Shown here: positions 45,784 to 56,489 of the stretch, piece after piece
Position numbering within the stretch: the first letter of the stretch is position 1
How the letters are laid out: every line of letters begins with the position of its first letter
IMG/VR virus record: IMGVR_UViG_3300017778_007091
Coordinates: 1-64,000 of that record
Source of the DNA: a virus
Lineage: Duplodnaviria; Caudoviricetes
DNA: 64,000 nt
Strand: one strand, 5' to 3'
Position numbers and translations under genes: made by a program
Notes under the pieces: generated by a model
What the model saw: the letters and a program-made list of their open reading frames with translations, nothing else
Told to the model about the DNA's origin: nothing
Database searches by the model: none

Positions 45784-46746
45784 TCAGATAAGTGAACCAC
45801 TTTTGATATTGGCAATTTTATACTTGAACGATGCAGTCATGTCCCATTGCCTAACTGTCTCTTTTGCATGGATCAACTGGTCTGGTGTCATCTCGGCAAT
45901 ATCTTTTGCACAAGATGTGTCCATGATTGAGACATTGCATCCGTAATTCGTCAGCAAGTCTGCAATTCTACCTGTCTTTTGTGTCATATCTTGGTCGAGG
46001 CAAAGAATGACATCGGCATCATTAGCGACAATCTTCTTAAAAAGAAGAGAATTCTCTGAGATTGACGAACCAAGAAGGCACGAGCCGTTCTCCTTCAATG
46101 CCATTAGGTCGAAGACACCCTCGACTAGATAGAGTGGTTTATCCCAGTCGATGTCAATATCATTAAAGATAATCCCAGTCTTATCAGTAGAGGCATTGAC
46201 GTATCTTATCCTTGCATTTGAATCTGCGCTACGACCAAGGTAGTAGTTCAGGTCACCGCTAGAATCAAGTGAGGCGAATATTGCTCTTCTCGAAAATCTA
46301 GATTCGTTTGCAACGCCGATCCTGAAGCGCCAACAATCATATTCAGTTATTCCACGCTTAGAAAGATAACGAATTACAGATTTATAGTCAGGATTTGTAA
46401 CACGAGTTAGCGTCGGCAGAGGAACAAACCCATCAGGTAGTTCAAGCTTTTCATCAACTATGATCGAATCTGCACCTAAAATCTTATCATGGAGAAAGTG
46501 CGATCTAAAGTAGTCTGCGTCTTCTCTAGACTTAAATTTCCGTAGAAGCGAAACGATAGTATTACCTTTGGCACTACAAACCCAACAATGGTATTTCCAA
46601 GTTTCTAGATTGATTGCAAGTTTTTTCTTACCAAGCGACTTGCAATTAGGGCAGCCAATTGTGATGTCATTTCCATCTCTAGAAAGTACGCCTTTACCAA
46701 AGTTTTTTTGAATAAATGAGATTCGTTCGGTGTATGTAGAAGACAC
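45784..46746 (-). CDS. dnaG: DNA primase (Zn ribbon plus TOPRIM)
   Basis: CPNC...HCWVC zinc ribbon; YLVEGVFD and LDQD TOPRIM motifs; GTG start. Confidence 0.9.
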   Translation of the reverse strand: MSSTYTERISFIQKNFGKGVLSRDGNDITIGCPNCKSLGKKKLAINLETWKYHCWVCSAKGNTIVSLLRKFKSREDADYFRSHFLHDKILGADSIIVDEKLELPDGFVPLPTLTRVTNPDYKSVIRYLSKRGITEYDCWRFRIGVANESRFSRRAIFASLDSSGDLNYYLGRSADSNARIRYVNASTDKTGIIFNDIDIDWDKPLYLVEGVFDLMALKENGSCLLGSSISENSLLFKKIVANDADVILCLDQDMTQKTGRIADLLTNYGCNVSIMDTSCAKDIAEMTPDQLIHAKETVRQWDMTASFKYKIANIKSGSLI

Positions 46747-46751
46747 TTCTA

Positions 46752-46779
46752 ATCATACATCATCCTCATGCAGTTTACC
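46752..46779 (-). promoter_or_regulatory. Putative middle promoter GGTAAA-N16-TATGAT, 5 nt upstream of the primase GTG
   Basis: Read directly from the sequence; shared architecture with the polA and SbcCD promoters. Confidence 0.5.
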
Positions 46780-47349
46780 ATCTCTCAATAAGTTGATTCC
46801 TGCACTACAAATAACATATGCATCTGACATATCATAGCAAGAAGTCTTGACTGCGCCTGTCTTTTTCTTGGGCCAGTCAAACTCTATCTCTCCTGAGACC
46901 CAGTCGAAGATCTTTTCTTTTGTAGTTTTAGTCTTGTCTTTGTGATTAATCTTTAATCCTACAGCAGACCTTGCTTTAGTTACATTAATCAGATCAGGTC
47001 TTATCATAAATGTCTGGTACGCCATAAAAGTAACTGCCCCGTTAAACCTAGCAAGCGTATTGATAGTTGCTGCTGAAGAAAGACCTGGTCTGAATGCTTG
47101 AAGATCCTGTTCTATAAAGATATTCTGTATCAGATGATCAATTTTCAAGTAATCTAGATATTTTTTTACTTCAACACACTTTTCAAAGAAATCAGAGCAT
47201 TTATCTAATCTGATATTGTCTAGAAGAACTAATTGTTTATCTTGATCTAGTATACAGATTCCTGTGCACGATGTAGATATATCAAGCCCCAAGAACTTAG
47301 AAGTCGTATTTGATTCTGAACATGAATTCATCTGAATCTCTTTTTGCAA
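46753..47349 (-). CDS. ruvC: RuvC-like Holliday junction resolvase
   Basis: LGLDISTSCTG, IFIEQ, DMSDA acidic motifs; true start uncertain and may be the TTG just after the upstream stop. Confidence 0.78.
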   Translation of the reverse strand: MQKEIQMNSCSESNTTSKFLGLDISTSCTGICILDQDKQLVLLDNIRLDKCSDFFEKCVEVKKYLDYLKIDHLIQNIFIEQDLQAFRPGLSSAATINTLARFNGAVTFMAYQTFMIRPDLINVTKARSAVGLKINHKDKTKTTKEKIFDWVSGEIEFDWPKKKTGAVKTSCYDMSDAYVICSAGINLLRDGKLHEDDV

Positions 47350-49591
47350 TAGGTTGAGCGAGGTTTGCTCTCATTATAACATTCAGATTCTCATCATGCA
47401 AATTAATTCCAGTTATGTAGACAAATCTATCTTCTCTTTCATTCGGATTTTGTGTCACAGGAAAAGATTCATACGTAGGATTTGATGAAGAGTTTATCAA
47501 GCTTCCTGGACAAGGTACGTTAACGACCATGACAGGTGTATATTGCTCACCAGTAAGATTCATCTCAAACTTATCTTTACCAAAGAGCGCAAGAGGTGGT
47601 GATGTAATAACTGAGACGCCTTCGTTGTAGAAAACATTGCCAACAGATGACCACTTTGCATGCTTTGTGAGCGCATCACATCTATATAGTGATCCAAATC
47701 CATCATCTTTGATGCTAATTTTCACTTTATCGTGTGACCCACTAAGGCTTGTGTCCTGTAAAGTATAAGATGAAGGCATGATTCGTCGACCGTAACTTAA
47801 ATTGGACATATCAAAGATAACGACTTGATTTGAGCTAGTGTCTCTAAATCTTTGCGATACTGTCAAATACGGACCATTACTAGCAATAGGATCTTCAGGC
47901 GAAGCATCACCTGAACCGAACGATGCCTGGTAGTTACTTGCAAGTCCTGAGTTAAAACCGCCTGAGACGATTTGACGCATTGAGATTATTGAGTAATCAA
48001 AGTTTCCTAGATCATTTTTAAAGAACTCAGAATTCTCACTTTCAATGTTTGTCAAATATGGTTTTTGTAGACCGTTATCATTAGGTAGTATAGTGAGATT
48101 TCTTTTGGCAACATTAGAATACCCATAGAGAATCTCATTTGCTGTTTGATTTACGGCTACAAGAGTTTCTGATCCTGTCAGGTTGTACAATCTTGGAAAT
48201 TGATTTGTCGTGTAGTCTTTCACAAAATTTTCTAAGTTCATGTAAAAGCCATTGACTCCCAATGACATGTCCGCATTGAATGGACTCTCTGTAGACTTCG
48301 TCGTCGATTGAAACGGTGTTACGAGAACCTTTCTTGAGTTTGTTATTGTGGAAAATTGAGGCGGGACATAAAATACAAGATCAGGATCACTTCCAGGAGA
48401 TTGTGATGCGAAATTCTGGATGTCTACGTTTGAGATGCAACGTTTGAGGATCTTTAAATCATGCAACTCAGCCTGCAGCGGATGCCTAAATGCAAAACCG
48501 ACAGGATCGGCTGTGAATCCAGAAAATTCTGGAATTCCCTCGTCTGTTGCAACATTTGCATTGAAGAATTTTGCATTAAAGTCACTACCTTCAAAGTAAT
48601 TACCGACAATCAACGCGTCAGAATTCTTGTAAGTTGCAATAGAGCTTGAAGGAACAGCAAAATTTGTAATGTTACTGTCAATAATGATGCTACCCGATCC
48701 GTAGCTTCTTTGACTTGAACCCCACCTAATTGTGACGTGTTGCCACTTGTTATACTCAAGCGAGTTATCGTTAGACACAAATATCAGGTCTTTAGGGAAG
48801 GAAAGACCTGATTCGACTGCAGGTATTGACAAAGAAGAAGGCCGAACATCGGCGCTCTGGCTAAGTTGCAAAAGCAATCTAAATTTATCAACATTCTGAT
48901 TGTTATCTCTGCTTGATCCTGTGACTAGAGAAAGCGCAAACGTTGATGATAAGTGTAATATTGTGCCCGCTGTAAATTCAGATCCTGACGGGCTCAAATA
49001 TCTGGGATTGATATAGAAGTCAATTGTGAAGTCACTAGGAGGTGTGTACTGTCGACCGTCTGATGACGTGGTATTGGCATAGACGATAGCTGTCTGGTTA
49101 TTAAGATTGCTTGAAGAGAAAAAATTAAGTGAGTGATAGTTTCCGCAAGAAAAATCACAAATTGAATAACCATGCCTGTAAAAAGGCATCATTACCTTTC
49201 TTATTGAAGTCTTTAGGAAGAATGGGCTACCGTTATCATTTGAGAAATTGACAGGTTGAGCATATCTTAGAGGCGAAAACTTAATGTCATTTAAAAGTGT
49301 GTTAGATTGATCGTGAGCATAACGGATATAAGCAGATAAATCACCAGAGACATCTGGGATTCCGCTGTTGACTTTAAATGAAGCCGCCTTTAAATAACTA
49401 TTGATGGAATTAATTGTTCCCTCAACAAAAGCAGATGTCACAGGTTGAACTTGCTTATTTAAAATACTAGGCCTTGAAATAAGCGGAACTGATCCTGTGA
49501 CACCGAGCGATGACGATATGAACGTTCGCTTTGGGTGTAAAGCGAGCGTTACATTTTCAATTAAGTCTGGTGTGATTGGTATTAGTGCCAT
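47297..49591 (-). CDS. Virion / baseplate protein with LamG-like domain
   Basis: FTIDFYINP, KWQHVTIRW, LIVGNY, ELHDLKI (LamG-like); C-terminal YITGINLHDENLNVIMRANLAQPI.K.....F.FRIKYDF. Confidence 0.6.
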   Translation of the reverse strand: MALIPITPDLIENVTLALHPKRTFISSSLGVTGSVPLISRPSILNKQVQPVTSAFVEGTINSINSYLKAASFKVNSGIPDVSGDLSAYIRYAHDQSNTLLNDIKFSPLRYAQPVNFSNDNGSPFFLKTSIRKVMMPFYRHGYSICDFSCGNYHSLNFFSSSNLNNQTAIVYANTTSSDGRQYTPPSDFTIDFYINPRYLSPSGSEFTAGTILHLSSTFALSLVTGSSRDNNQNVDKFRLLLQLSQSADVRPSSLSIPAVESGLSFPKDLIFVSNDNSLEYNKWQHVTIRWGSSQRSYGSGSIIIDSNITNFAVPSSSIATYKNSDALIVGNYFEGSDFNAKFFNANVATDEGIPEFSGFTADPVGFAFRHPLQAELHDLKILKRCISNVDIQNFASQSPGSDPDLVFYVPPQFSTITNSRKVLVTPFQSTTKSTESPFNADMSLGVNGFYMNLENFVKDYTTNQFPRLYNLTGSETLVAVNQTANEILYGYSNVAKRNLTILPNDNGLQKPYLTNIESENSEFFKNDLGNFDYSIISMRQIVSGGFNSGLASNYQASFGSGDASPEDPIASNGPYLTVSQRFRDTSSNQVVIFDMSNLSYGRRIMPSSYTLQDTSLSGSHDKVKISIKDDGFGSLYRCDALTKHAKWSSVGNVFYNEGVSVITSPPLALFGKDKFEMNLTGEQYTPVMVVNVPCPGSLINSSSNPTYESFPVTQNPNEREDRFVYITGINLHDENLNVIMRANLAQPIAKRDSDEFMFRIKYDF

Positions 49592-49602
49592 GCATGTCTA
49601 GA

Positions 49603-50832
49603 TTAGAAGTCGAGCCTAACTCTAATGGTCAGATCTTTCTCATCACTTTTCTCGACTGCACGTGAGATCTTAGCAACTGCAAGTAAGTCTCCGGCTGCAT
49701 TGTAGAGACCGACTGATGTGATGAATGAGAATGTTCGCTGAGTCGTCTCCTCGCCCTCATCTATGACAACAATTCTTCCATTCTCGTCTGTGAATGTTGG
49801 ATTTGTAGAGTAGTTAAATTCGTCTGCTGTTGCTCGACAGAAGACGAGTGAAGAATTAATGTTGGTGATATTCTGGAATGTAATACTAGTTTCAGATCCA
49901 GTTCCAAAACGTGTTAGGCCAAAGTGGTCAACAATATCGTCAATTGATCCTGAAACAAAGAAGTCCGGAATAAATTTTGCATTGACATTTGAGCTAGGGA
50001 AGCTTGTTCTTCCTACAATAGTTTTATTGTTAAGCACAGGAGATGTGCTTCCTGTTACTGCACTAATTGTGCCTGATGCAAGTTGTGTACCCGAGATTAT
50101 CTTTTTAACGTCAAGTACGGCAATACCTGCATCATAGAACAATAGACCGACTTTATTGTTAGTATTTGTTGTGCTAACAATGTTGCCGACAGATCCACCG
50201 TAAGCAACTTCAACAGCTGATGCGGCACCTACGTCAGAATAGATCGTTTTACCGAGTGTCGATTGTGTATTGATATTAGGAATTGCCGCTGTTGTCGAAG
50301 CTGAAGCATACATCTGAATTGCAAAAGTTTCTTTCTTGATCTGATCTCTAAAGAACAACCTGTTAAACGACAAGAACAGCGCCTCATCAATGTAATCTGT
50401 TGCACCAGGCGTTGTGAAAGGTGAACTAAATTGAAGATCAGCATCACCTAGAAGCTTCGAAGCAAACTCTCTGTAATTTGCGATCTTCTCTCTCATCATG
50501 AGTGACGTAGATGGAAATAACATCTTTCCTAATGAGTCATAACCTGAAAGCGAACCTGTGACTGTGTCACTTCCGCTAAAGATGCCGACAGTCATTCCAA
50601 GGACAGGATTCGCTGTTGCCAGAGTGTAGTCCTGGTCATAGGCAGTCTGGAACAGACCACCGGTGACTGCATAAACTGTCCCAATAGCGTCGGCGCTTGA
50701 TGTGACAAAGACCTGGTACTTTCTACGATTTTGAGAACCGCTCATCATATTCTCTAGGACGTCGATGAGTTGGTTTAAGTAGGATGTGCTCGTCTTAATA
50801 TCAGACGGATCTAGCGTTTTAAAATATGCCAT
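49603..50832 (-). CDS. Baseplate / fibre-attachment-type virion protein
   Basis: C-terminal FITSVGLYNAAGDLLAVAKISRAVEK...LTIRVRLDF, paralogous to the downstream gene. Confidence 0.55.
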   Translation of the reverse strand: MAYFKTLDPSDIKTSTSYLNQLIDVLENMMSGSQNRRKYQVFVTSSADAIGTVYAVTGGLFQTAYDQDYTLATANPVLGMTVGIFSGSDTVTGSLSGYDSLGKMLFPSTSLMMREKIANYREFASKLLGDADLQFSSPFTTPGATDYIDEALFLSFNRLFFRDQIKKETFAIQMYASASTTAAIPNINTQSTLGKTIYSDVGAASAVEVAYGGSVGNIVSTTNTNNKVGLLFYDAGIAVLDVKKIISGTQLASGTISAVTGSTSPVLNNKTIVGRTSFPSSNVNAKFIPDFFVSGSIDDIVDHFGLTRFGTGSETSITFQNITNINSSLVFCRATADEFNYSTNPTFTDENGRIVVIDEGEETTQRTFSFITSVGLYNAAGDLLAVAKISRAVEKSDEKDLTIRVRLDF

Positions 50833-50847
50833 TTTTGAATTCCTATG

Positions 50848-51540
50848 TTAGGACTTAATGCGAATCTCAACGTCTTTTACGATTCCTGAATTTCTTCCGA
50901 CAATTCTCATGTAGGTCCTGATATAGGCGCCAGATGAGAAGGCTGAGTATGTGTCGTATGTCGAAGTTGGAATTGAAAGAGCACGAAGTGTAAATGTTGC
51001 TGTTGGTGACCCTGAGGCTATTTCGTATCTTGCTGTGTTCAATGTAGGATTATTTGCAAGAGATTCGCTATTCACAGGTGTCTGGTTATTGATTGCCAAG
51101 AACAGGCGATTCAAGAAAACAACGTAGACGTTGTCCGTGATCTCACTAGGAATCTGTGCAGATCCTTCTTGAATTTGTTGGGAAAGGTTGACTGTCGTTG
51201 TCGACTGCCTAGACAATGTGATTATGTTTGACGTACTAGACGCGCCTGCATTGACATTTAAAACCGGCATGTAGACTTGATTTGGATTTGAAATCGAGAC
51301 TAGATTGCTTTGGATGGCTAGATTTGAATTTCTCATTGCCTCAAAGATTGGAGTATTTTTCTCAATTTTTTCTCTGCCGACTGTCTGCCCGTAAAGCGGG
51401 ATGAGTCCGTAGTCAATCTCATCGTCACCGAGAGAGAAACTATAGATCGAAAAGTCGCCACGAGCGAGGTATTGAGAACCCACTGTAGTTATAACAGCAT
51501 CAACTTCAATGTTTGTTGTATCTTGTCTTAGAATACCCAT
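50848..51540 (-). CDS. Virion structural protein
   Basis: MGIL....IEVDAVIT..G..YLARG.F.I..F..GDDEIDY N-terminal domain; late motif upstream. Confidence 0.55.
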   Translation of the reverse strand: MGILRQDTTNIEVDAVITTVGSQYLARGDFSIYSFSLGDDEIDYGLIPLYGQTVGREKIEKNTPIFEAMRNSNLAIQSNLVSISNPNQVYMPVLNVNAGASSTSNIITLSRQSTTTVNLSQQIQEGSAQIPSEITDNVYVVFLNRLFLAINNQTPVNSESLANNPTLNTARYEIASGSPTATFTLRALSIPTSTYDTYSAFSSGAYIRTYMRIVGRNSGIVKDVEIRIKS

Positions 51541-51588
51541 TTTCGTAATCCTACTTTTTAATTATCTGCAACTAAAGTTCACGTTAAA

Positions 51589-53391
51589 TCAGACAATTTG
51601 TGTATAAATTTTGCCTTGTGACGCCGGAATAGCTCTCACAATCTTGTTATTTGTCATACTAATATCTATCATTTGGTCTTGTGCAAGCGTGGTCTCTAAA
51701 ATGTGTATTTTGTATGAAGGCGCCGATGGATTGTAATAGATCAAATTTTGACTTTTGCCAACATTGTCAGTCACATCTGTGTAATCAGGATTGAAATAAA
51801 CAGACATTTTTGTGTGGTTTGAGTCTTTTATTAAGTCTGGAAAGAAATCTTCAAGAAGAGTCAAATTTGGATATGGCTTAGGCGCTCCAGGTCTACAAAC
51901 AGGTGTTACCTTTAAAACTTCAGTCAAGAGATTAACGCTAACTTCGAGTTGTGCAGAGTAATTTGAGCTCAGGCCTCTTGCATCAACTGCGACGATCGAG
52001 TAAATGTATTTTGAATTGAGATCATACTGCCTGTCTATGAAAAATGTTGAAGGATATCGTTTTTTGAATATTCGCTCTTTTGGAATTCGTTCATTTGAAA
52101 CAAACGGCTCAAATGAGTCATCAAAGTCAAGTTCTGCCAGTATTTCAAATGGTTGTCGAACTGACTTTCTTCTAAAGATTTGAAATTTTTTGATGTCTCT
52201 TTGCTTGTTTAAAGGAAATCTCCAACCAATGAAAAGAGACCCGTCATTTTCAAACTTAAAGTAGACATCTTCGGGAGGCTGGGGCGGAACATTTTCAACA
52301 CAGTCAACATCGACATTAGAGCCTGCTGTTGCAAATAGCATATCAACTTGGGCTATGCCTACACCTCGACCCTTTACATCTTGTGCCGAGACAAAGACTC
52401 TTACATTGTAGACAGCCCGAACTTGATACGAATAGACACCGCCGTATCTCACTCCTGGATCTAAAATGAAGTTTTTGCCTGTCTCAAAGATAATGTCATC
52501 ATAAATTTTAAGAGTCCCGTCTACCTGTTGGGAGAATTTTTGTGCGACAAATCCAACGAGCTGAAATTGAGGTGGAGGCAAAGATTCAAATGAATCTGAA
52601 TCCAGTATAACTACGTTGTTGTTGGGGATCGTGTAATCATATGAATCGGCCAAAATCCTAAACGGAGTCGCACTTTGTCTTGCCGTCTCTTGAATCTTAT
52701 CGGCACTATTAAGAATTGCTGCAAACTCATCTGCAAAAATTGTTTTTTGATCCTTGACAACCTGATTAGAAATGTCTGAGATAAACAGATTATTTAAGCT
52801 AACACTTGTCCAAAATGCTCGGACATCTCTTAAAAACTGAGATTTGACTTCTTCTCTGACGTCAGATCTTGCGTATCTCACACCTGCCGACTGAATATTG
52901 CCTAATGAGTTAAAGATCAAGGACTTTGGATTTGAGACCGTAGGTGTTGAAGGAGCAGGGGGTGTGTAGATATAACCAGGAGGTTCAGGAATTTCACTGA
53001 AACTGAGTGATGCTGAAGTTATTTGGTAACATCGACTATCAACAAGCGTATCGGCGACTTCTATTGCAGAAAAATTACAATTGAAAGGAGCATTCTCATA
53101 GATTATTTTTTCACCTCGATTCAGTCTTTGCTTGAATGGAGCAAGGCCTTGAATTTGATTTGTTGGACTCGAAGCATTAAAATCAATTTTCACATAACGA
53201 GGTACTTGATTTATTCTCGAAGCGTAGTAAGCTTGATCTGTGACACCATCAACAGGGAATGTTGAGAATCGCTCATTAACTCGCTCATCAGGAGTAAAGA
53301 AATTGTAGACAAACCTTGCATCAATAACCTCGGCATTCTTAAGACCTGCTGCAATTGCAGGCAATGACGTAAAAGTAAAATTACTTGACAT
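51589..53391 (-). CDS. Virion protein with FN3/Ig-like domains
   Basis: PPQPPEDV...L.IGW......KKFQIFRR and YIYSIVAVD..G.SSNYS FN3-type motifs. Confidence 0.5.
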   Translation of the reverse strand: MSSNFTFTSLPAIAAGLKNAEVIDARFVYNFFTPDERVNERFSTFPVDGVTDQAYYASRINQVPRYVKIDFNASSPTNQIQGLAPFKQRLNRGEKIIYENAPFNCNFSAIEVADTLVDSRCYQITSASLSFSEIPEPPGYIYTPPAPSTPTVSNPKSLIFNSLGNIQSAGVRYARSDVREEVKSQFLRDVRAFWTSVSLNNLFISDISNQVVKDQKTIFADEFAAILNSADKIQETARQSATPFRILADSYDYTIPNNNVVILDSDSFESLPPPQFQLVGFVAQKFSQQVDGTLKIYDDIIFETGKNFILDPGVRYGGVYSYQVRAVYNVRVFVSAQDVKGRGVGIAQVDMLFATAGSNVDVDCVENVPPQPPEDVYFKFENDGSLFIGWRFPLNKQRDIKKFQIFRRKSVRQPFEILAELDFDDSFEPFVSNERIPKERIFKKRYPSTFFIDRQYDLNSKYIYSIVAVDARGLSSNYSAQLEVSVNLLTEVLKVTPVCRPGAPKPYPNLTLLEDFFPDLIKDSNHTKMSVYFNPDYTDVTDNVGKSQNLIYYNPSAPSYKIHILETTLAQDQMIDISMTNNKIVRAIPASQGKIYTQIV

Positions 53392-53417
53392 TCTTTACGC
53401 TCTCTTTACTCATAATG

Positions 53418-56400
53418 TTACCTATTTGTAAATCTTGTTGAAACGTTGATCAATATGTCAACTATATAGTTGTCTCTTCCATGTTTAAGAAGAGATGCAT
53501 CGACAGGAATTGCTACAACTTTGTCAAAAACACAACCTCCCAATGCCTGTGTTATCAAGTCGCTTTGTGAAAATCTTAGGCTGTTTTTACCCGTTGAAAC
53601 ATATCTTGACTCAACAAGTTCGCCAAACCGATATGAATAAATTTCTTCTGTAAGTTTTAATCTGGCATCCAAAATTTTCTGGTCTGTGATGTCTGGAAGC
53701 ACAACTTGTTGTGTAATTCTTGGATCAAGTGTAAGTCCATAAAATAACTGCATGTAATTTAAAAGAGTCGTTGACTGTAGCTCATTTTTCTTAGCTTGTT
53801 CTTCGATCACGACGCTGTTAGACAGACCAAACCCGCTTGTGCTAAAAACAAACTCACTGACCTTTGTCGCATTTAAAACTTGCTGATATGACGTATTAGT
53901 GATGTCACTAAATTCCTGGACCTGGTGTTCAATAAATGCTGTTGCAGGATATGACTTAACAATTGTGACATTTTGACTCTCATCTCCACCGACTGTTTTG
54001 AATAAGATGGAAATGTCTAGGTAAGTTGTCTTGTCTCTGCGATATGCACCTAACCTGTCTAATAAGCCGTATGGAATTCCACAGACAACGACAAAACTAT
54101 CTTCGACTATTGAAACTTCTGGATCATCTTGAATGTATCTAAAAAACCCATTAAGCGTGTTTGTATTTTTATACTGGTCTTTAGAAAAGTTCGGGTACGT
54201 AGGATCAGAATTGAATGCAAAACTTACCTGTCTATTTAAATTCAAAATCGAGTTTGATGTGTAGTGATTTAATAGATTCTCACCAAACACAGGCACATAC
54301 TCGTATGCCCTTGTTGCAGCATCATTAAGCAATGTCGAAGCTTGGCCTAGAAATTGTGTGATAAAATTGATGCCATCAGCACAAGACTGTGAATCTTGTA
54401 GGATGTCTTTCGCAATAGGCTGCACGTATTGGATATAAAAAGCAAACTGGTCAGCAGTAAGTTCACCTGTAAGTGTCAAGGATAAAGCTTTCTTTAAGCC
54501 GTCGTAATAGCTAGGTGAATAAAAGTAATCTGCAACAACGTAAGTAGCTGTTATTGATCTATCATTGTCAAATATTATGCCTTCTTCTACGTATGTGCGT
54601 GTCGTTGTTTCCAGGTAAATGTTCATCTTAAATGGGAAATTATCTATTATTGATAACCATTTATTAAAAAATAAGAACGCTCTCTTATCTCTTGAAAGTC
54701 GAAGTAAAGTTGTTGTTATTCCAGTCGATGCATTTAATGTGCTTTGTCCGCTAGACCATGCAATGCTATTAAAATTACTTGAATTTGATTCAGCATTTTT
54801 TGCTGCACTAAAGAAGTTATCCCACTGGTGATCACTTGTGTCTAAAAGATCCTCAAATAGTTTGTTCTGGAAATTCTCGGCATTACCCAGACCTGCTGTT
54901 TTTCCTAAAGCAACAGGAATGTTATTCGCAGTTGAAGTTTTTCCTAGATTTTCTTGAGCTTTTTCTACGATATCTTGTTGAGCTGGATTCTCTTGAAGAT
55001 ACGTAGGCATAATATCGGATGAAAGTTTATTGATCGCTGTTTCTAGTTCTGATCTAGCTGATGAAAGAAATGCACTTCTTTGCGTTGACGAAACATAGTC
55101 ATTTGAATTCCTAATACGATCTCTTAACATCATTATTCTAAAGATCTTTTTTCTTATTGACGTGCTATTCAAGCTTGACAACAACAACGCAAATCTTAGC
55201 ATACTTGTAGGGCTGTTATTCGTATAAAATGATGTCTGCATCATTGAATACATTTGTGAGATATAAGCTTGATATGCAGCTAAATCTTGACCAGGAGCAA
55301 GTAGAACATTCTGGAGTCCTGCGTCAAATGAAGTTTTTGATGTTCTAGCATCGACTGCGAATTTATCTCGCCTGATTAATAGATTGGGCTTGCTATTAGC
55401 AAGAGGTAAGCCTAGAAAATATTCGTCTGCCGATTCAAATACTTGAAGCGCTGCCTGTGTTCCAATGTTAACGTCAACAGGTAAAACAACTTTGCCAGTA
55501 TCATCATATCGTGTTAAGCTTGAGAGACTACCTATGCTAGTTTCGCCTGTAAGGTCAAGGCCTGCAGTAAAAAGAGAAAGCTTTCCCAGTAAATTTGCAA
55601 CTGCAGGCAAAGGATCAATATTTCGAAGCGTATAGGCAACTGCCTTGCAATCAGACTTAATCAAGATGTCTGTATTTTCATCGTTTAAGTCAAGTATGCT
55701 TGAATCACTAGCACTGGATAGATCACCAAAATAAGATGTGACTGCCGTATTGAATGTGTTGATATTGAGCGGATTCACATAAAGTGGATTTTCTAGAGAT
55801 CCAGAAGTTGTGAATGCATTTCCATAGAACTTCCTTGCAAAAGAATTTCTTGCAACTTGAGCCAAAGTTGTTATATTGTAGCTTTCACTAAAAAATCTGC
55901 TAGGAATCTTGAGATATGTCTCGATCCAATCTTTCTTGTTTTCAAAAGATGTGATCTTAATTGTCGGAATCGCGCCGGGGACAGGACCCGAACCGTATGA
56001 GTTATTAATATTAGCGCTAGTTTCAAGACCAAATATGTCTGCAAGATGTGTCATGTAAGCAGATTTTGCACCATAAGCGGCAGTTATCTTGATTGCAGCG
56101 TCATTTAACGATGTTAGCTGGTCCTTACTGTCTAACGCAAGATTTTCTTGTGTCGTCAATATCGAAGTGACGTAATTAATAATTTCATTGACATTACTGG
56201 TAGCAATTGTGTCCAGATTTCGCTGGATATTAAGAATGTCAGCTTCTGCGTTATTTGTCTGTGTTAGCTTAGTAAAGGGTATGACAGCTATGTTGATAGG
56301 CGTTGAGGAACAAACACCTTTGTCTTTTAGATTGGTGTCGTACGATGTCTGAACAACACTGAAGAAGTCGTCTGATGTTCCTGTATCTTGAATACCTGCT

Positions 56401-56489
56401 GCTCTTGCGACACTTGAGACAAGATCTCTCGATCTTACAGCAGACTCTATCGTCTGTGATGTAGGTTTGATGTAAGGTCTTCCTATCAT
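53418..56489 (-). CDS. Large hypothetical protein, likely virion-associated
   Basis: 1023-aa ORF within the structural block. Confidence 0.6.
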   Translation of the reverse strand: MIGRPYIKPTSQTIESAVRSRDLVSSVARAAGIQDTGTSDDFFSVVQTSYDTNLKDKGVCSSTPINIAVIPFTKLTQTNNAEADILNIQRNLDTIATSNVNEIINYVTSILTTQENLALDSKDQLTSLNDAAIKITAAYGAKSAYMTHLADIFGLETSANINNSYGSGPVPGAIPTIKITSFENKKDWIETYLKIPSRFFSESYNITTLAQVARNSFARKFYGNAFTTSGSLENPLYVNPLNINTFNTAVTSYFGDLSSASDSSILDLNDENTDILIKSDCKAVAYTLRNIDPLPAVANLLGKLSLFTAGLDLTGETSIGSLSSLTRYDDTGKVVLPVDVNIGTQAALQVFESADEYFLGLPLANSKPNLLIRRDKFAVDARTSKTSFDAGLQNVLLAPGQDLAAYQAYISQMYSMMQTSFYTNNSPTSMLRFALLLSSLNSTSIRKKIFRIMMLRDRIRNSNDYVSSTQRSAFLSSARSELETAINKLSSDIMPTYLQENPAQQDIVEKAQENLGKTSTANNIPVALGKTAGLGNAENFQNKLFEDLLDTSDHQWDNFFSAAKNAESNSSNFNSIAWSSGQSTLNASTGITTTLLRLSRDKRAFLFFNKWLSIIDNFPFKMNIYLETTTRTYVEEGIIFDNDRSITATYVVADYFYSPSYYDGLKKALSLTLTGELTADQFAFYIQYVQPIAKDILQDSQSCADGINFITQFLGQASTLLNDAATRAYEYVPVFGENLLNHYTSNSILNLNRQVSFAFNSDPTYPNFSKDQYKNTNTLNGFFRYIQDDPEVSIVEDSFVVVCGIPYGLLDRLGAYRRDKTTYLDISILFKTVGGDESQNVTIVKSYPATAFIEHQVQEFSDITNTSYQQVLNATKVSEFVFSTSGFGLSNSVVIEEQAKKNELQSTTLLNYMQLFYGLTLDPRITQQVVLPDITDQKILDARLKLTEEIYSYRFGELVESRYVSTGKNSLRFSQSDLITQALGGCVFDKVVAIPVDASLLKHGRDNYIVDILINVSTRFTNR

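Noticed and set aside
47292-47349. Frameshift fusion between the LamG virion gene and the RuvC-like gene (53-nt overlap)
   Set aside because: No slippery sequence seen; the overlap is better explained by an uncertain start, with a TTG available just after the upstream stop
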